This document shows, piece after piece, positions 13,901 to 29,600 of a stretch of 64,000 nucleotides of DNA. Each line of letters opens with the position of its first letter. Position 1 is the stretch's first letter. The stretch covers positions 318,494,001 through 318,558,000 of the forward strand of contig OZ024740.1 in assembly GCA_964016885.1 (NCBI GenBank), given 5' to 3'. The notes under the pieces were generated by a model, which had not been told where the DNA came from, searched no databases, and saw only the letters and a program-made list of their open reading frames with translations. This DNA comes from Eledone cirrhosa (Eukaryota). The position numbers and the translations under genes were made by a program.

Positions 13901-16900
13901 GACTCTACCAATTCGAAGTCTTTCTACTACAATACTCACAACAAATAATCCAGGATTGTCTCATCTATTTCCACACCTTACATTCTATCTGACATTCTAA
14001 CGACTCTACCGATTCGCTGTATTTCTACTACAATACTAACTTCAAATAATCCATGATTGTCACGTCTATCTCCACACCTTACATTCTATCTGACATTCTA
14101 ACGACTCTACCAGTTCGCTGTATATCTACTACAATACTCACAACAAATAATCCAGGATTGTCTCGTCTATTTCCACAACTTACATTCTTTCTGACATTCT
14201 AATGACTCTACCAATTCGCTGTCTTTCTACTACAATACTCACAACAAATAATCCAGGAGTGTCTCGTCTATTTCCACAACTTACATTCTATCTGACATTC
14301 TAACGACTCTAGCAATTCGAAGTCTTTCTACTACAATACTAACTTTAAATAATCCAGGATTGTCTCCTCTATTTCCACAACTTACATTCTATCTGACATT
14401 CTAACGACTCTACCAGTTCGCTGTATTTCTACTAAAATACTAACTTAAAATAATCCAGGATTGTCTCGTCTATTTCCACAACTTACATTCTATCTGATAT
14501 TCTAACGACTCTACCAATTTGAAGTATTTCTACTACAATACTAACAGCAAATAATCCAGGATAGTCTCGTCTATTTCCACAACTTACATTTTGTCAAACA
14601 TTCTAACGACTCTACCAATTCGAAGTCTTTCTACTACAATACTCACAACAAATAATCCAGGATTGTCTCGGCTATTTCCACAACTTACTTTCTATCTCAC
14701 ATTTTAACGAGTCTACCAATTCGCTGTATTTCTACTACAATACTAACTTTAAACAATCCAGAATTGTCTCCTCTATTTCCACAACTTACATTCTATCTGA
14801 TATTCTAACGACTCTACCCATTCGCTGTATTTCTACTACAATACTAACTTTAAATAATCCATATTGTCTCGTCTATTTCCACAACTTACATTCTATCTGA
14901 CATTCAAACGACTTTATCAATTCGAAGTCTTTCTACTAGAATACTCACAACAAATAATCCAGGATTGTCTCATCTATTTCCACACCTTACATTCTATCTG
15001 ACATTCTAACGACTCTACCAGTTCGCTGTATTTCTACTACAATACTCACAACAACTAATCCAGAATTGTCTCGTCTATTTCCACAACTTACATTCTTTCT
15101 GACATTCTAATGACTCTACCAATTCGCTGTCTTTCAACTACAATACTCACAACAAATAATCCAGGATTGTCTCGTCTATTTCCACAACTTACATTCTATC
15201 TAACATTCTAACGACTCTACCAATTCGAAGTCTTTCTACTACAATACAAACAACAAATAATCCAGGATAGTCTCGTCTATTTCCACAACTTACATTCTAT
15301 CTAACATTCTAACGACTCTACCAATTCGAAGTCTTTCTACTACAATACTCACAACAAATAATCCAGGATTGTCTCGTCTATTTCCACAACTTACATTCTA
15401 TCTCACATTTTAACGAGTCTACCAATTCGCTGTATTTCTACTACAATACTAACTTCAAATAATCCAGGATTGTCTTATCTATTTCCACAACTTACATTCT
15501 ATCTGATATTCGAACGACTCTACAAATTTGCTGTCTTTCTACTACAATACTAACGTCAAATAATCCAGGATTGTCTCGTCCATTTCCACAACTTACATTC
15601 TATCTGACATTCTAACGACTCTACCAATTCGAATTCTTTCTACTACAATACTAACTTTAAATAATCCAGGATTGTCTCCTCTATTTCCACAACTTACATT
15701 CTATCTGACATTCTAACGACTCTACCAATTCGCTGTCTTTCTACTACAATACTCACAACAAATAATCCAGGATTGTCTCGTCTATTTCCACAACTTACAT
15801 TCTAACTGACATTTTAACGACTCTACCAATTCGAATTCTTTCTACTACAATACTAACTTTAAATAATCCAGGATTGTCTCCTCTATTTCCACAACTTACA
15901 TTCTATCTAACATTCTAACGACTCTACCAATTCGATGTCTTTCTACTACAATACTCACAACAAATAATCCAGGATTGTCTCGTCTATCTCCAAACCTTAC
16001 ATTCTATCTGACATTCTAACGACTCTACCAGTTCGCTGTATTTCTACTACAATACTAACTTCAAATAATCCAGGATTGTCCCGTCTATTTCCACAACTTA
16101 CATTCTATCTGATATTCTAACGACTCTACCCATTCGCTGTATTTCTACTACAATACTAACTTTAAATAATCCATATTGTCTCGTCTATTTCCACAACTTA
16201 CATTCTATCTGACATTCAAACGACTTTATCAATTCGAAGTCTTTCTACTAGAATACTAACGTCAAATAATCCAGGATTGTCTCGTCTATTTCCACAACTT
16301 ACTTTCTATCTGACATTCTAACGACTCTACCAATTCGAAGTCTTTCTACTACAATACTAACTTTAAATAATCCAGGATTGTCTCCTCTATTTCTACAACT
16401 TACATATTATCTGACATTCTAACGACTCTACCAATTCGATGTCTTTCTACTACAATACTCACAACGAATAAACCAGGATTGTCTCGTCTATTTCCACAAC
16501 TTACATTCTATCTGACATGCTAACGACTCTACCAATTCGCTGTATTTCTACTACAATACTAACTTCAAATAATCCAGGATCGTCTTATCTATTTCCACAA
16601 CTTACATTCTATCTGATATTCGAAAGACTCTACCAATTCGAAGTCTTTTTACTACAATACTAACGTCAAATAATCTAGGATTGTCTCGTCTATTTCCACA
16701 ACTTACTTTCTATCTGACATTCTAACGACTTTACCAATTCGAAGTCTTTCTACTACGATACTCACAACAAATAATCCAGGATTGTCTCGTCTATTTCCAC
16801 AACTTACATTCTATCTGACATTTTAACGACTCTACCAATTCGAAGTCTTTCTACTACAATACTAACGTCAAATAATCCAGGATTGTCTCCACTATTTCCA

Positions 16901-19900
16901 CAACTTACATTCTACCTGACATTCTAACGACTCTACCAATTCGCTGTATTTCTACTACAATACTCACAACAGATAATCCAGGATTGTATCGTCTATTTCT
17001 ACACCGTACATTCTATCTGACATTCTAACGACTCTACCAATTCGCTGTATTTATGCTACAATACAAACGTCAAATAATCCAGGATTGTCCCGTCCATTTC
17101 CACAACTTACATTCTATCTGACATTCTGACGACTCTACCAATTCGAAGTCTATCTATTACAATACTAACAACAAATAATCTAGGATTGTCTCGTCTATTT
17201 CTACAACTTACATACTATCTGACATTCAAACGACTCTACCAGTTCGCTGTATTTCTACTACAATACTAACTTCAAATAATCCATGATTGTCACGTCTATC
17301 TCCACACCTTACATTCTATCTGACATTCTAACGACTCTACCAGTTCGCTGTATTTCTACTACAATACTCACAACAAATAATCCAGGATTGTCTCGTCTAT
17401 TTCCACAACTTACATTCTTTCTGACATTCTAATGACTCTACCAATTCGCTGTCTTTCTACTACATTACTCACAACAAATATTCCAGGATTGTCTCGTCTA
17501 TTTCCACAACTTACATTCTATCTGACATTCTAACGACTCTACCAATTCGAAGTCTTTCTACTACAATACTAAGTTTAAATAATCCAGGATTGTCTCCTCT
17601 ATTTCCACAACTTACATATTATCTGAAATTCTAACGACTCTACCAATTCGATGTCTTTCTACTACAATACTCACAACACATAATCCAGGATTGTATAGTC
17701 TATTTCTACAACTTACAATCTATCTGACATTCTAACGACTCTACCAATTCGAAGTCTTTCTGCTACAATAATCACAACAAATAATCCAGCATTGTCTCGT
17801 CTATTTCCACAACTCACATTCTATCTGACATTTTAACGACTCTATCAAATCGAAGTCTTTCTACTACAATACTAACGTCAAATAATCCAGGATTGTCTCG
17901 TCCATTTCCACAACTTACATTCTATCTGACATTCTAACGACTCTACCAATTCGAAGTCTATCTATTACAATACTAACAACAAATAATCTAGGATTGTCTC
18001 GTCTATTTCCACAACTTACATTCTATCTGACATTCTAACGACTCTACCCATTCGCTCTATTTCTACTACAATACTAACTTCAAATAATCCAGGATTGTCT
18101 CGTCGACATCCACAACTTACATTGTATTTGATATTCTAACGACTCTACCAATTCGAAGTCTTTCTACTACAATACTCACAACAAATAATCCAGGATTGTC
18201 TCGTCTATTTCCACAACTTACATTCTATCTGACATTTTAACGACTCTACCAATTCGAAGTCTTTCTACTACAATACTAACGTCAAATAATCCAGGATTGT
18301 CTCCACTATTTCCACAACTTACATTCTACCTGACATTCTAACGACTCTACCAATTCGATGTCTTTCTACTACAATACTCACAACAGATAATCCAGGATTG
18401 TATCGTCTATTTCTACAACGTACATTCTATCTGACATTCTAACGACTCTACCAATTCGCTGTATTTATGCTACAATACTAACGTCAAATAATCCAGGATT
18501 GTCTCGTCCATTTCCACAACTTACATTCTATCTGACATTCTGACGACTCTACCAATTCGAAGTCTATCTATTACAATACTAACAACAAATAATCTAGGAT
18601 TGTCTCGTCTATTTCCACAACTTACATACTATCTGACATTCAAACGACTCTACCAGTTCGCTGTATTTCTACTACAATACTAACTTCAAATAATCCATGA
18701 TTGTCACGTCTATCTCCACACCTTACATTCTATCTGACATTCTAACGACTCTACCAATTCGCTGTATTTCTACTACAATACTCACAACAAATAATCCAGG
18801 ATTGTCTCGTCTATTTCCACAACTTACATTCTTTCTGACATTCTAATGACTCTACCAATACGCTGTGTTTCTACTACAATACTCACAACAAATAATCCAG
18901 GATTGTCTCGTCTATTTCCACAACTTACATTCTATCTGACATTCGACTCTACCAATTCGAAGTCTTTCTACTACAATACTAACGTCAAATAATCCAGGAT
19001 TGTCTCGTCCATTTCCACAACTTACATTCTATCTGACATTCTAACGACTCTACCAATTCGAAGTCTATCTATTACAATACTAACAACAAATAATCTAGGA
19101 TTGTCTCGTCTATTTCCACAACTTACGTTCTATCTGAGATTCTAACGACTCTACCCATTCGCTCTATTTCTACTACAATACTAACTTCAAATAATCCAGG
19201 ATTGTCTCGTCTACATCCACAGCTTACATTGTATCTGATATTCTAACGACTCTACCAATTCGAAGTCTTTCTACTACAATACTCACAACAAATAATCCAG
19301 GATTGTCTCGTCTATTTCCACAACTTACATTCATCTGACATTCTAATGACTCTACCAATTCGCTGTCTTTCTACTACAATACTCACAACAAATAATCCAG
19401 GATTGTCTCGTCTATTTCCACAACTCACATTCTATCTGACATTTTAACGACTCTACCAATTCGAAGTCTTTCTACTACAATACTAACGTCAAATAATCCA
19501 GGATTGTCTCCACTATTTCCACAACTTACTTTCTACCTGACATTCTAACGACTCTACCAATTCGATGTCTTTCTACTACAATACTCACAACAGATAATCC
19601 AGGATTGTATCGTCTATTTCTACAACGTACATTCTATCTGACATTCTAACGACTCTACCAATTCGCTGTATTTATACTACAATACTAACGTCAAATAATC
19701 CAGGATTGTCTCCACTATTTCCACAACTTACTTTCTACCTGACATTCTAACGACTCTACCAATTCGATGTCTTTCTACTACAATACTCACAACAGATAAT
19801 CCAGGATTGTATCGTCTATTTCTACAACTTACATTCTATCTGACATTCTGACGACTCTACCAATTCGAAGTCTATCTATTACAATACTAACAACAAATAA

Positions 19901-22900
19901 TCTAGGATTGTCTCGTCTATTTCCACAACTTACATACTATCTGACATTCAAACGACTCTACCAATTCGAAGTCTTTCTACTACAATACTCACAACAAATA
20001 ATCCAGGATTGTCTCATCTATTTCCACACCTTACATTCTATCTGACATTCTAACGACTCTACCCATTCGCTGTATTTCTACTACAATACTAACTTCAAAT
20101 AATCCATGATTGTCACGTCTATCTCCACACCTTACATTCTATCTGACATTCTAACGACTCTACCAGTTCGCTGTATTTCTACTACATTACTTACAACAAA
20201 TAATCCAGGATTGTCTCGTCTATTTCCACAACTTACATTCTTTCTGACATTCTAATGACTCTACCAATTCGCTGTCTTTCTACTACAATACTCACAACAA
20301 ATAATCCAGGATTGTCTCGTCTATTTCCACAACTTACGTTCTATCTGACATTCTAACGACTCTAGCAATTCGAAGTCTTTCTACTACAATACTAACTTTA
20401 AATAATCCAGGATTGTCTCCTCTATTTCCACAACTTACATTCTATCTGACATTCTAACGACTCTACCAGTTCGCTGTATTTCTACTAAAATACTAACTTC
20501 AAATAATCCAGGATTGTCTCGTCGATTTCCACAACTTACATTCTATCTGATATTCTAACGACTCTACCAATTTGAAGTATTTCTACTACAATACTAACAA
20601 CAAATAATCCAGGATAGTCTCGTCTATTTCCACAACTTACATTCTATCTAACATTCTAACGACTCTACCAATTCGAAGTCTTTCTACTACAATACTCACA
20701 ACAAATAATCCAGGATTGTCTCGTCTATTTCCACAACTTACATTCTTTCTCACATTTTAACGAGTCTACCAATTCGCTGTATTTCTACTACAATACTCAC
20801 AACAAATAAACCAGTATCGTCTCGTCTCTTTCCACAACTTTCATTCTATCTTACATACTAACGACTCTACCAATTCGAAGTCTTTCTACTAAAATACTAA
20901 CTTTAAACAATCCAGAATTGTCTCCTCTATTTCCACAACTTACATTCTATCTGACATTCTAACGACTCTACCCATTCGCTGTATTTCTACTACAATACTA
21001 ACTTCAAATAATCCAGGATTGTCTTATCTATTTCCACAACTTACATTCTATCTGATATTCGAACGACTCTACAAATTCGCTGTCTTTCTACTACAATACT
21101 AACGTCAAATAATCCAGGATTGTCTCGTCCATTTCCACAACTTACATTATATCTGACATTCTAACGACTCTACCAATTCGCTGTCTTTCTACTACAATAC
21201 TCACAACAAATAATCCAGGATTGTCTCGTCTATTTCCACAACTTACATTCTAACTGACATTTTAACGACTCTACCAATTCGAATTCTTTCTACTACAATA
21301 CTAACTTTAAATAATCCAGGATTGTCTCCTCTATTTCCACAACTTACATTCTATCTGACATTCTAACGACTCTACCAATTCGCTGTCTTCCTACTACAAT
21401 ACTCACAACAAATTATCCAGGATTGTCTCGTCTATCTCCAGACCTTACATTCTATCTGACATTCTAACGACTCTACCAGTTCGCTCTAATTCTACTACAA
21501 TACTAACTTCAAATAATCCAGGATTGTCTCGTCGACATCCACAACTTACATTGTATTTGATATTCTAACGACTCTACCAATTCGAAGTCTTTCTACTACA
21601 ATACTCACAACAAATAATCCAGGATTGTCTCGTCTATTTCCACAACTTACATTCTATCTGACATTTTAACGACTCTACCAATTCGAAGTCTTTCTACTAC
21701 AATACTAACGTCAAATAATCCAGGATTGTCTCCACTATTTCCACAACTTACATTCTACCTGACATTCTAACGACTCTACCAATTCGATGTCTTTCTACTA
21801 CAATACTCACAGCAGATAATCCAGGATTGTATCGTCTATTTCTACAACGTACATTCTATCTGACATTCTAACGACTCTACCAATTCGCTGTATTTATGCT
21901 ACAATACTAACGTCAAATAATCCAGGATTGTCTCGTCCATTTCCACAACTTACATTCTATCTGACATTCTGACGACTCTACCAATTCGAAGTCTATCTAT
22001 TACAATACTAACAACAAATAATCTAGGATTGTCTCGTCTATTTCCACAAATTACATACTATCTGACATTCAAACGACTCTACCTGTTCGCTGTATTTCTA
22101 CTACAATACTAACTTCAAATAATCCATGATTGTCACGTCTATCTCCACACCTTACATTCTATCTGACATTCTAACGACTCTACCCATTCGCTGTATTTCT
22201 ACTACGATACTAACTTCAAATAATCCATGATTGTCACGTCTATCTCCACACCTTACATTATATCTAACATTCTAACGACTCTACCAATTCGAAGTCTTTC
22301 TACTACAATACTCACAACAAATAATCCAGGATTGTCTCGTCTTTTTCCAAAACTTACATTCTATCTCACATTTTAACGAGTCTACCAATTCGCTGTATTT
22401 CTACTACAATACTCACAACAAATACACCAGTATCGTCTCGTCTATTTCCACAACTTTCATTCTATCTTACATACTAACGACTCTACCAATTCGAAGTCTT
22501 TCTACTACAATACTAACTTTAAACAATCCAGGATTGTCTCGTCCATTTCCACAACTTACATTCTATCTGACATTTTAACGACTCTACCAATTCGCTGTCT
22601 TTCTACTACAATACTCACAACAAATAATCCAGGATTGTCTCGTCTATTTCCACAACTTACATTCTAACTGACATTTTAACGACTCTACCAATTCGAATTC
22701 TTTCTACTACAATACTAACTTTAAATAATCCAGGATTGTCTCCTCTATTTCCACAACTTACATTCTATCTGACATTCTAACGACTCTACCAATTCGCTGT
22801 CTTCCTACTACAATACTCACAACAAATTATCCAGGATTGTCTCGTCTATCTCCAGACCTTACATTCTATCTGACATTCTAACGACTCTACCAGTTCGCTG

Positions 22901-23640
22901 TATTTCTACTACAATACTAACTTTAAATAATCCAGGATTGTCTCGTCTATTTCCACATCTTACATTCTATCTGATATTCTAACGACTCTACCCATTCGCT
23001 GTATTTCTACTAAAATACTAACTTTAAGTAATTCATATTGTCTCGTCTATTTCCACAACTTACATTCTATCTGACATTCAAACGACTTTATCAATTCGAA
23101 GTCTTTCTACTAGAATACTAACGTCAAATAATCCAGGATTGTCTCGTCTATTTCCACAACTTACTTTCTATCTGACATTCTAACGACTCTACCAATTCGA
23201 AGTCTTTCTACTACAATACTCACAACAAATATTCCAGGATTGTCTGGTCTATTTCCACAACTTACATTCTATCTGACATTCTAACGACTCTACCAATTCG
23301 AAGTCTTTCTACTACAATACTAACTTTAAATAATCCAGGATTGTCTCGTCTATCTCCAGACCTTACATTCTATCTGACATTCTAACGACTCTACCAATTC
23401 GAAGTCTTTCTGCTACAATACTCACAACAAATAATCCAGGATTGTCTCGTCTATTTCCACACCTTACATTCTATCTGACATTCTAACGACTCTACCTATT
23501 CGATGTATTTCTACTACAATACTCACAACAAATAATCCAGCATTGTCTCGTCTATTTCCACAACTCACATTCTATCTGACGTTCTAACCACTCTATCAAT
23601 TCGAAGTCTTTCTACTACAATACTAACTTTAAATAATCCA
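10900..23640. repeat. Array domain B: more heterogeneous monomers, only short shared blocks
   Basis: Many apparently singleton substitutions (e.g. 12300-13300, 14520-15300) and private deletions at about 18945 (4 bp) and about 19333 (1 bp). I found no multi-kb near-identical period by eye. Boundaries are approximate. Confidence 0.6.
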
Positions 23641-26600
23641 GGATTGTCTCCTCTATTTCCACAACTTACATTCTATCTGACATTCTAACGACTCTACCAA
23701 TTCGATGCCTTTCTACTACAATACTCACAACAAATAATCCAGGATTGTCTCGTCTATCTCCACACCTTACGTTCTATCTGACATTCTAACGACTCTACCA
23801 GTTCGCTATATTTCTACTACAATACTAACTTCAAATAATCCAGGATTGTCTCGTCTATTTCCACAACTTACATTCTATCTGATATTCTAACGACTCTACC
23901 AATTTGAAGTATTTTTACTACAATACTAACAACAAATAATCTAGGATTGTCTCGTCTATTTCCACAACTTACATACTATCTGACATTCAAACGACTCTAC
24001 CAATTCGAAGTCTTTCTACTACAATACTCACAACAAATAATCCAGGATTGTCTCATCTATTTCCACACCTTACATTCTATCTGACATTCTAACGACTCTA
24101 CCCATTCGCTGTATTTCTACTACAATACTAACTTCAAATAATCCATGATTGTCACGTCTATCTCCACACCTTACATTCTATCTGACATTCTAACGACTCT
24201 ACCAGTTCGCTGTATTTCTACAACAATACTCACAACAAATAATCCAGGATTGTCTCGTCTATTTCCACAACTTACATTCTTTCTGACATTCTAATGACTC
24301 TACCAATTCCCTGTGTTTCTACTACAATACTCACAACAAATAATCCAGGATTGTCTCGTCTATTTCCACAACTTACATTCTATCTGACATTCTAACGACT
24401 CTACCAATTCGAAGTCTTTCTACTACAATACTAACTTTAAATAATCCAGGATTGTCTCCTCTATTTCCACAACTTACATTCTATCTGACATTCTAACGAC
24501 TCTACCAATTCGAAGTCTTTCTACTACAATACTAACTTTAAATAATCCAGGATTGTCTCCTCTATTTCCACAACTTACATATTATCTGAAATTCTAACGA
24601 CTCTACCAATTCGATGTCTTTCTACTACAATACTCACAACAAATAATCCAGGATTGTATAGTCTATCTCTACAACTTACATTCTATCTGACATTCTAACG
24701 ACTCTACCAATTCGAAGTCTTTCTGCTACAATACTCACAACAAATAATCCAGCATTGTCTCGTCTATTTCCACAACTCACATTCTATCTGACATTTTAAC
24801 GACTCTACCAATTCGAAGTCTTTCTGCTACAATACTAACGTCAAATAATCCAGGATTGTCTCGTCCATTTCCACAACTTACATTCTATCTGACATTGTAA
24901 CGACTCTACCCATTCGCTCTATTTCTACTACAATACTAACTTCAAATAATCCAGGATTGTCTCGTCTACATCCACAACTTACATTGTATCTGATATTCTA
25001 ACGACTCTACCAATTCGAAGTCTTTCTACTACAATACTCACAACAAATAATCCAGGATTGTCTCGTCTATTTCCACAACTTACATTCTATCTGACATTCT
25101 AATGACTCTACCAATTCGCTGTCTTTCTACTACAATACTCACAACAAATAATCCAGGATTGTCTCGTCTATTTCCACAACTTACATTCTATCTGACATTT
25201 TAACGACTCTACCATTTCGAAGTCTTTCTACTACAATACTAACGTCAAATAATCCAGGATTGTCTCCACTATTTCCACAACTTACTTTCTACCTGACATT
25301 CTAACGACTCTACCAATTCGATGTCTTTCTACTACAATACTCACAACAGATAATCCAGGATTGTATCGTCTATTTCTACAACGTACATTCTATCTGACAT
25401 TCTAACGACTCTACCAATTCGCTGTATTTATACTACAATACTAACGTCAAATAATCCAGGATTGTCTCGACCATTTCCACAACTTACATTCTATCTGACA
25501 TTCTGACGACTCTACCAATTCGAAGTCTATCTATTACAATACTAACAACAAATAATCTAGGATTGTCTGGTCTATTTCCACAACTTACATTCTATCTGAC
25601 ATTCTAACGACTCTACCAATTCGAAGTCTTTCTACTACAATACTAACTTTAAATAATCCAGGATTGTCTCGTCTATCTCCAGACCTTACATTCTATCTGA
25701 CATTCTAACGACTCTACCAATTCGAAGTCTTTCTGCTACAATACTCACAACAAATAATCCAGGATTGTCTCGTCTATTTCCACACCTTACATTCTATCTG
25801 ACATTCTAACGACTCTACCTATTCGATGTATTTCTACTACAATACTCACAACAAATAATCCAGCATTGTCTCGTCTATTTCCACAACTTACATTCTATCT
25901 GATATTCTAACGACTCTACCAATTTGAAGTATTTTTACTACAATACTAACAACAAATAATCTAGGATTGTCTCGTCTATTTCCACAACTTACATACTATC
26001 TGACATTCAAACGACTCTACCAATTCGAAGTCTTTCTACTACAATACTCACAACAAATAATCCAGGATTGTCTCATCTATTTCCACACCTTACATTCTAT
26101 CTGACATTCTAACGACTCTACCCATTCGCTGTATTTCTACTACAATACTAACTTCAAATAATCCATGATTGTCACGTCTATCTCCACACCTTACATTCTA
26201 TCTGACATTCTAACGACTCTACCAGTTCGCTGTATTTCTACAACAATACTCACAACAAATAATCCAGGATTGTCTCGTCTATTTCCACAACTTACATTCT
26301 TTCTGACATTCTAATGACTCTACCAATTCCCTGTGTTTCTACTACAATACTCACAACAAATAATCCAGGATTGTCTCGTCTATTTCCACAACTTACATTC
26401 TATCTGACATTCTAACGACTCTACCAATTCGAAGTCTTTCTACTACAATACTAACTTTAAATAATCCAAGATTGTCTCCTCTATTTCCACAACTTACATT
26501 CTATCTGACATTCTAACGACTCTACCAATTCGAAGTCTTTCTACTACAATACTAACTTTAAATAATCCAGGATTGTCTCCTCTATTTCCACAACTTACAT

Positions 26601-29600
26601 ATTATCTGAAATTCTAACGACTCTACCAATTAGATGTCTTTCTACTACAATACTCACAACAAATAATCCAGGATTGTATAGTCTATCTCTACAACTTACA
26701 TTCTATCTGACATTCTAACGATTCTACCAATTCGAAGTCTTTCTGCTACAATACTCACAACAAATAATCCAGCATTGTCTCGTCTATTTCCACAACTCAC
26801 ATTCTATCTGACATTTTAACGACTCTACCAATTCGAAGTCTTTCTGCTACAATACTAACGTCAAATAATCCAGGATTGTCTCGTCCATTTCCACAACTTA
26901 CATTCTATCTGACATTGTAACGACTCTACCCATTCGCTCTATTTCTACTACAATACTAACTTCAAATAATCCAGGATTGTCTCGTCTACATCCACAACTT
27001 ACATTGTATCTGATATTCTAACGACTCTACCAATTCGAAGTCTTTCTACTACAATACTCACAACAAATAATCCAGGATTGTCTCGTCTATTTCCACAACT
27101 TACATTCTATCTGACATTCTAATGACTCTACCAATTCGCTGTCTTTCTACTACAATACTCACAACAAATAATCCAGGATTGTCTCGTCTATTTCCACAAC
27201 TTACATTCTATCTGACATTTTAACGACTCTACCATTTCGAAGTCTTTCTACTACAATACTAACGTCAAATAATCCAGGATTGTCTCCACTATTTCCACAA
27301 CTTACTTTCTACCTGACATTCTAACGACTCTACCAATTCGATGTCTTTCTACTACAATACTCACAACAGATAATCCAGGATTGTATCGTCTATTTCTACA
27401 ACGTACATTCTATCTGACATTCTAACGACTCTACCAATTCGCTGTATTTATACTACAATACTAACGTCAAATAATCCAGGATTGTCTCGACCATTTCCAC
27501 AACTTACATTCTATCTGACATTCTGACGACTCTACCAATTCGAAGTCTATCTATTACAATACTAACAACAAATAATCTAGGATTGTCTCGTCTATTTCCA
27601 CAACTTACATACTATCTGACATTCAAACGACTCTACCAATTCGAAGTCTTTCTACAACAATACTCACAACAAATAATCCAGGATTGTCTCGTCTATCTCC
27701 ACACCTTACGTTCTATCTGACATTCTAACGACTCTACCAGTTCGCTATATTTCTACTACAATACTAACTTCAAATAATCCAGGATTGTCTCGTCTATTTC
27801 CACAACTTACATTCTATCTGATATTCTAACGACTCTACCAATTTGAAGTATTTTTACTACAATACTAACAACAAATAATCTAGGATTGTCTCGTCTATTT
27901 CCACAACTTACATACTATCTGACATTCAAACGACTCTACCAATTCGAAGTCTTTCTACTACAATACTCACAACAAATAATCCAAGATTGTCTCATCTATT
28001 TCCACACCTTACATTCTATCTGACATTCTAACGACTCTACCCATTCGCTGTATTTCTACTACAATACTAACTTCAAATAATCCATGATTGTCACGTCTAT
28101 CTCCACACCTTACATTCTATCTGACATTCTAACGACTCTACCAGTTCGCTGTATTTCTACAACAATACTCACAACAAATAATCCAGGATTGTCTCGTCTA
28201 TTTCCACAACTTACATTCTTTCTGACATTCTAATGACTCTACCAATTCCCTGTGTTTCTACTACAATACTCACAACAAATAATCCAGGATTGTCTCGTCT
28301 ATTTCCACAACTTACATTCTATCTGACATTCTAACGACTCTACCAATTCGAAGTCTTTCTACTACAATACTAACTTTAAATAATCCAGGATTGTCTCCTC
28401 TATTTCCACAACTTACATTCTATCTGACATTCTAACGACTCTACCAATTCGAAGTCTTTCTACTACAATACTAACTTTAAATAATCCAGGATTGTCTCCT
28501 CTATTTCCACAACTTACATATTATCTGAAATTCTAACGACTCTACCAATTCGATGTCTTTCTACTACAATACTCACAACAAATAATCCAGGATTGTATAG
28601 TCTATCTCTACAACTTACATTCTATCTGACATTCTAACGACTCTACCAATTCGAAGTCTTTCTGCTACAATACTCACAACAAATAATCCAGCATTGTCTC
28701 GTCTATTTCCACAACTCACATTCTATCTGACATTTTAACGACTCTACCAATTCGAAGTCTTTCTGCTACAATACTAACGTCAAATAATCCAGGATTGTCT
28801 CGTCCATTTCCACAACTTACATTCTATCTGACATTGTAACGACTCTACCCATTCGCTCTATTTCTACTACAATACTAACTTCAAATAATCCAGGATTGTC
28901 TCGTCTACATCCACAACTTACATTGTATCTGATATTCTAACGACTCTACCAATTCGAAGTCTTTCTACTACAATACTCACAACAAATAATCCAGGATTGT
29001 CTCGTCTATTTCCACAACTTACATTCTATCTGACATTCTAATGACTCTACCAATTCGCTGTCTTTCTACTACAATACTCACAACAAATAATCCAGGATTG
29101 TCTCGTCTATTTCCACAACTTACATTCTATCTGACATTTTAACGACTCTACCATTTCGAAGTCTTTCTACTACAATACTAACGTCAAATAATCCAGGATT
29201 GTCTCCACTATTTCCACAACTTACTTTCTACCTGACATTCTAACGACTCTACCAATTCGATGTCTTTCTACTACAATACTCACAACAGATAATCCAGGAT
29301 TGTATCGTCTATTTCTACAACGTACATTCTATCTGACATTCTAACGACTCTACCAATTCGCTGTATTTATACTACAATACTAACGTCAAATAATCCAGGA
29401 TTGTCTCGACCATTTCCACAACTTACATTCTATCTGACATTCTGACGACTCTACCAATTCGAAGTCTATCTATTACAATACTAACAACAAATAATCTAGG
29501 ATTGTCTCGTCTATTTCCACAACTTACATACTATCTGACATTCAAACGACTCTACCAATTCGAAGTCTTTCTACTACAATACTCACAACAAATAATCCAG

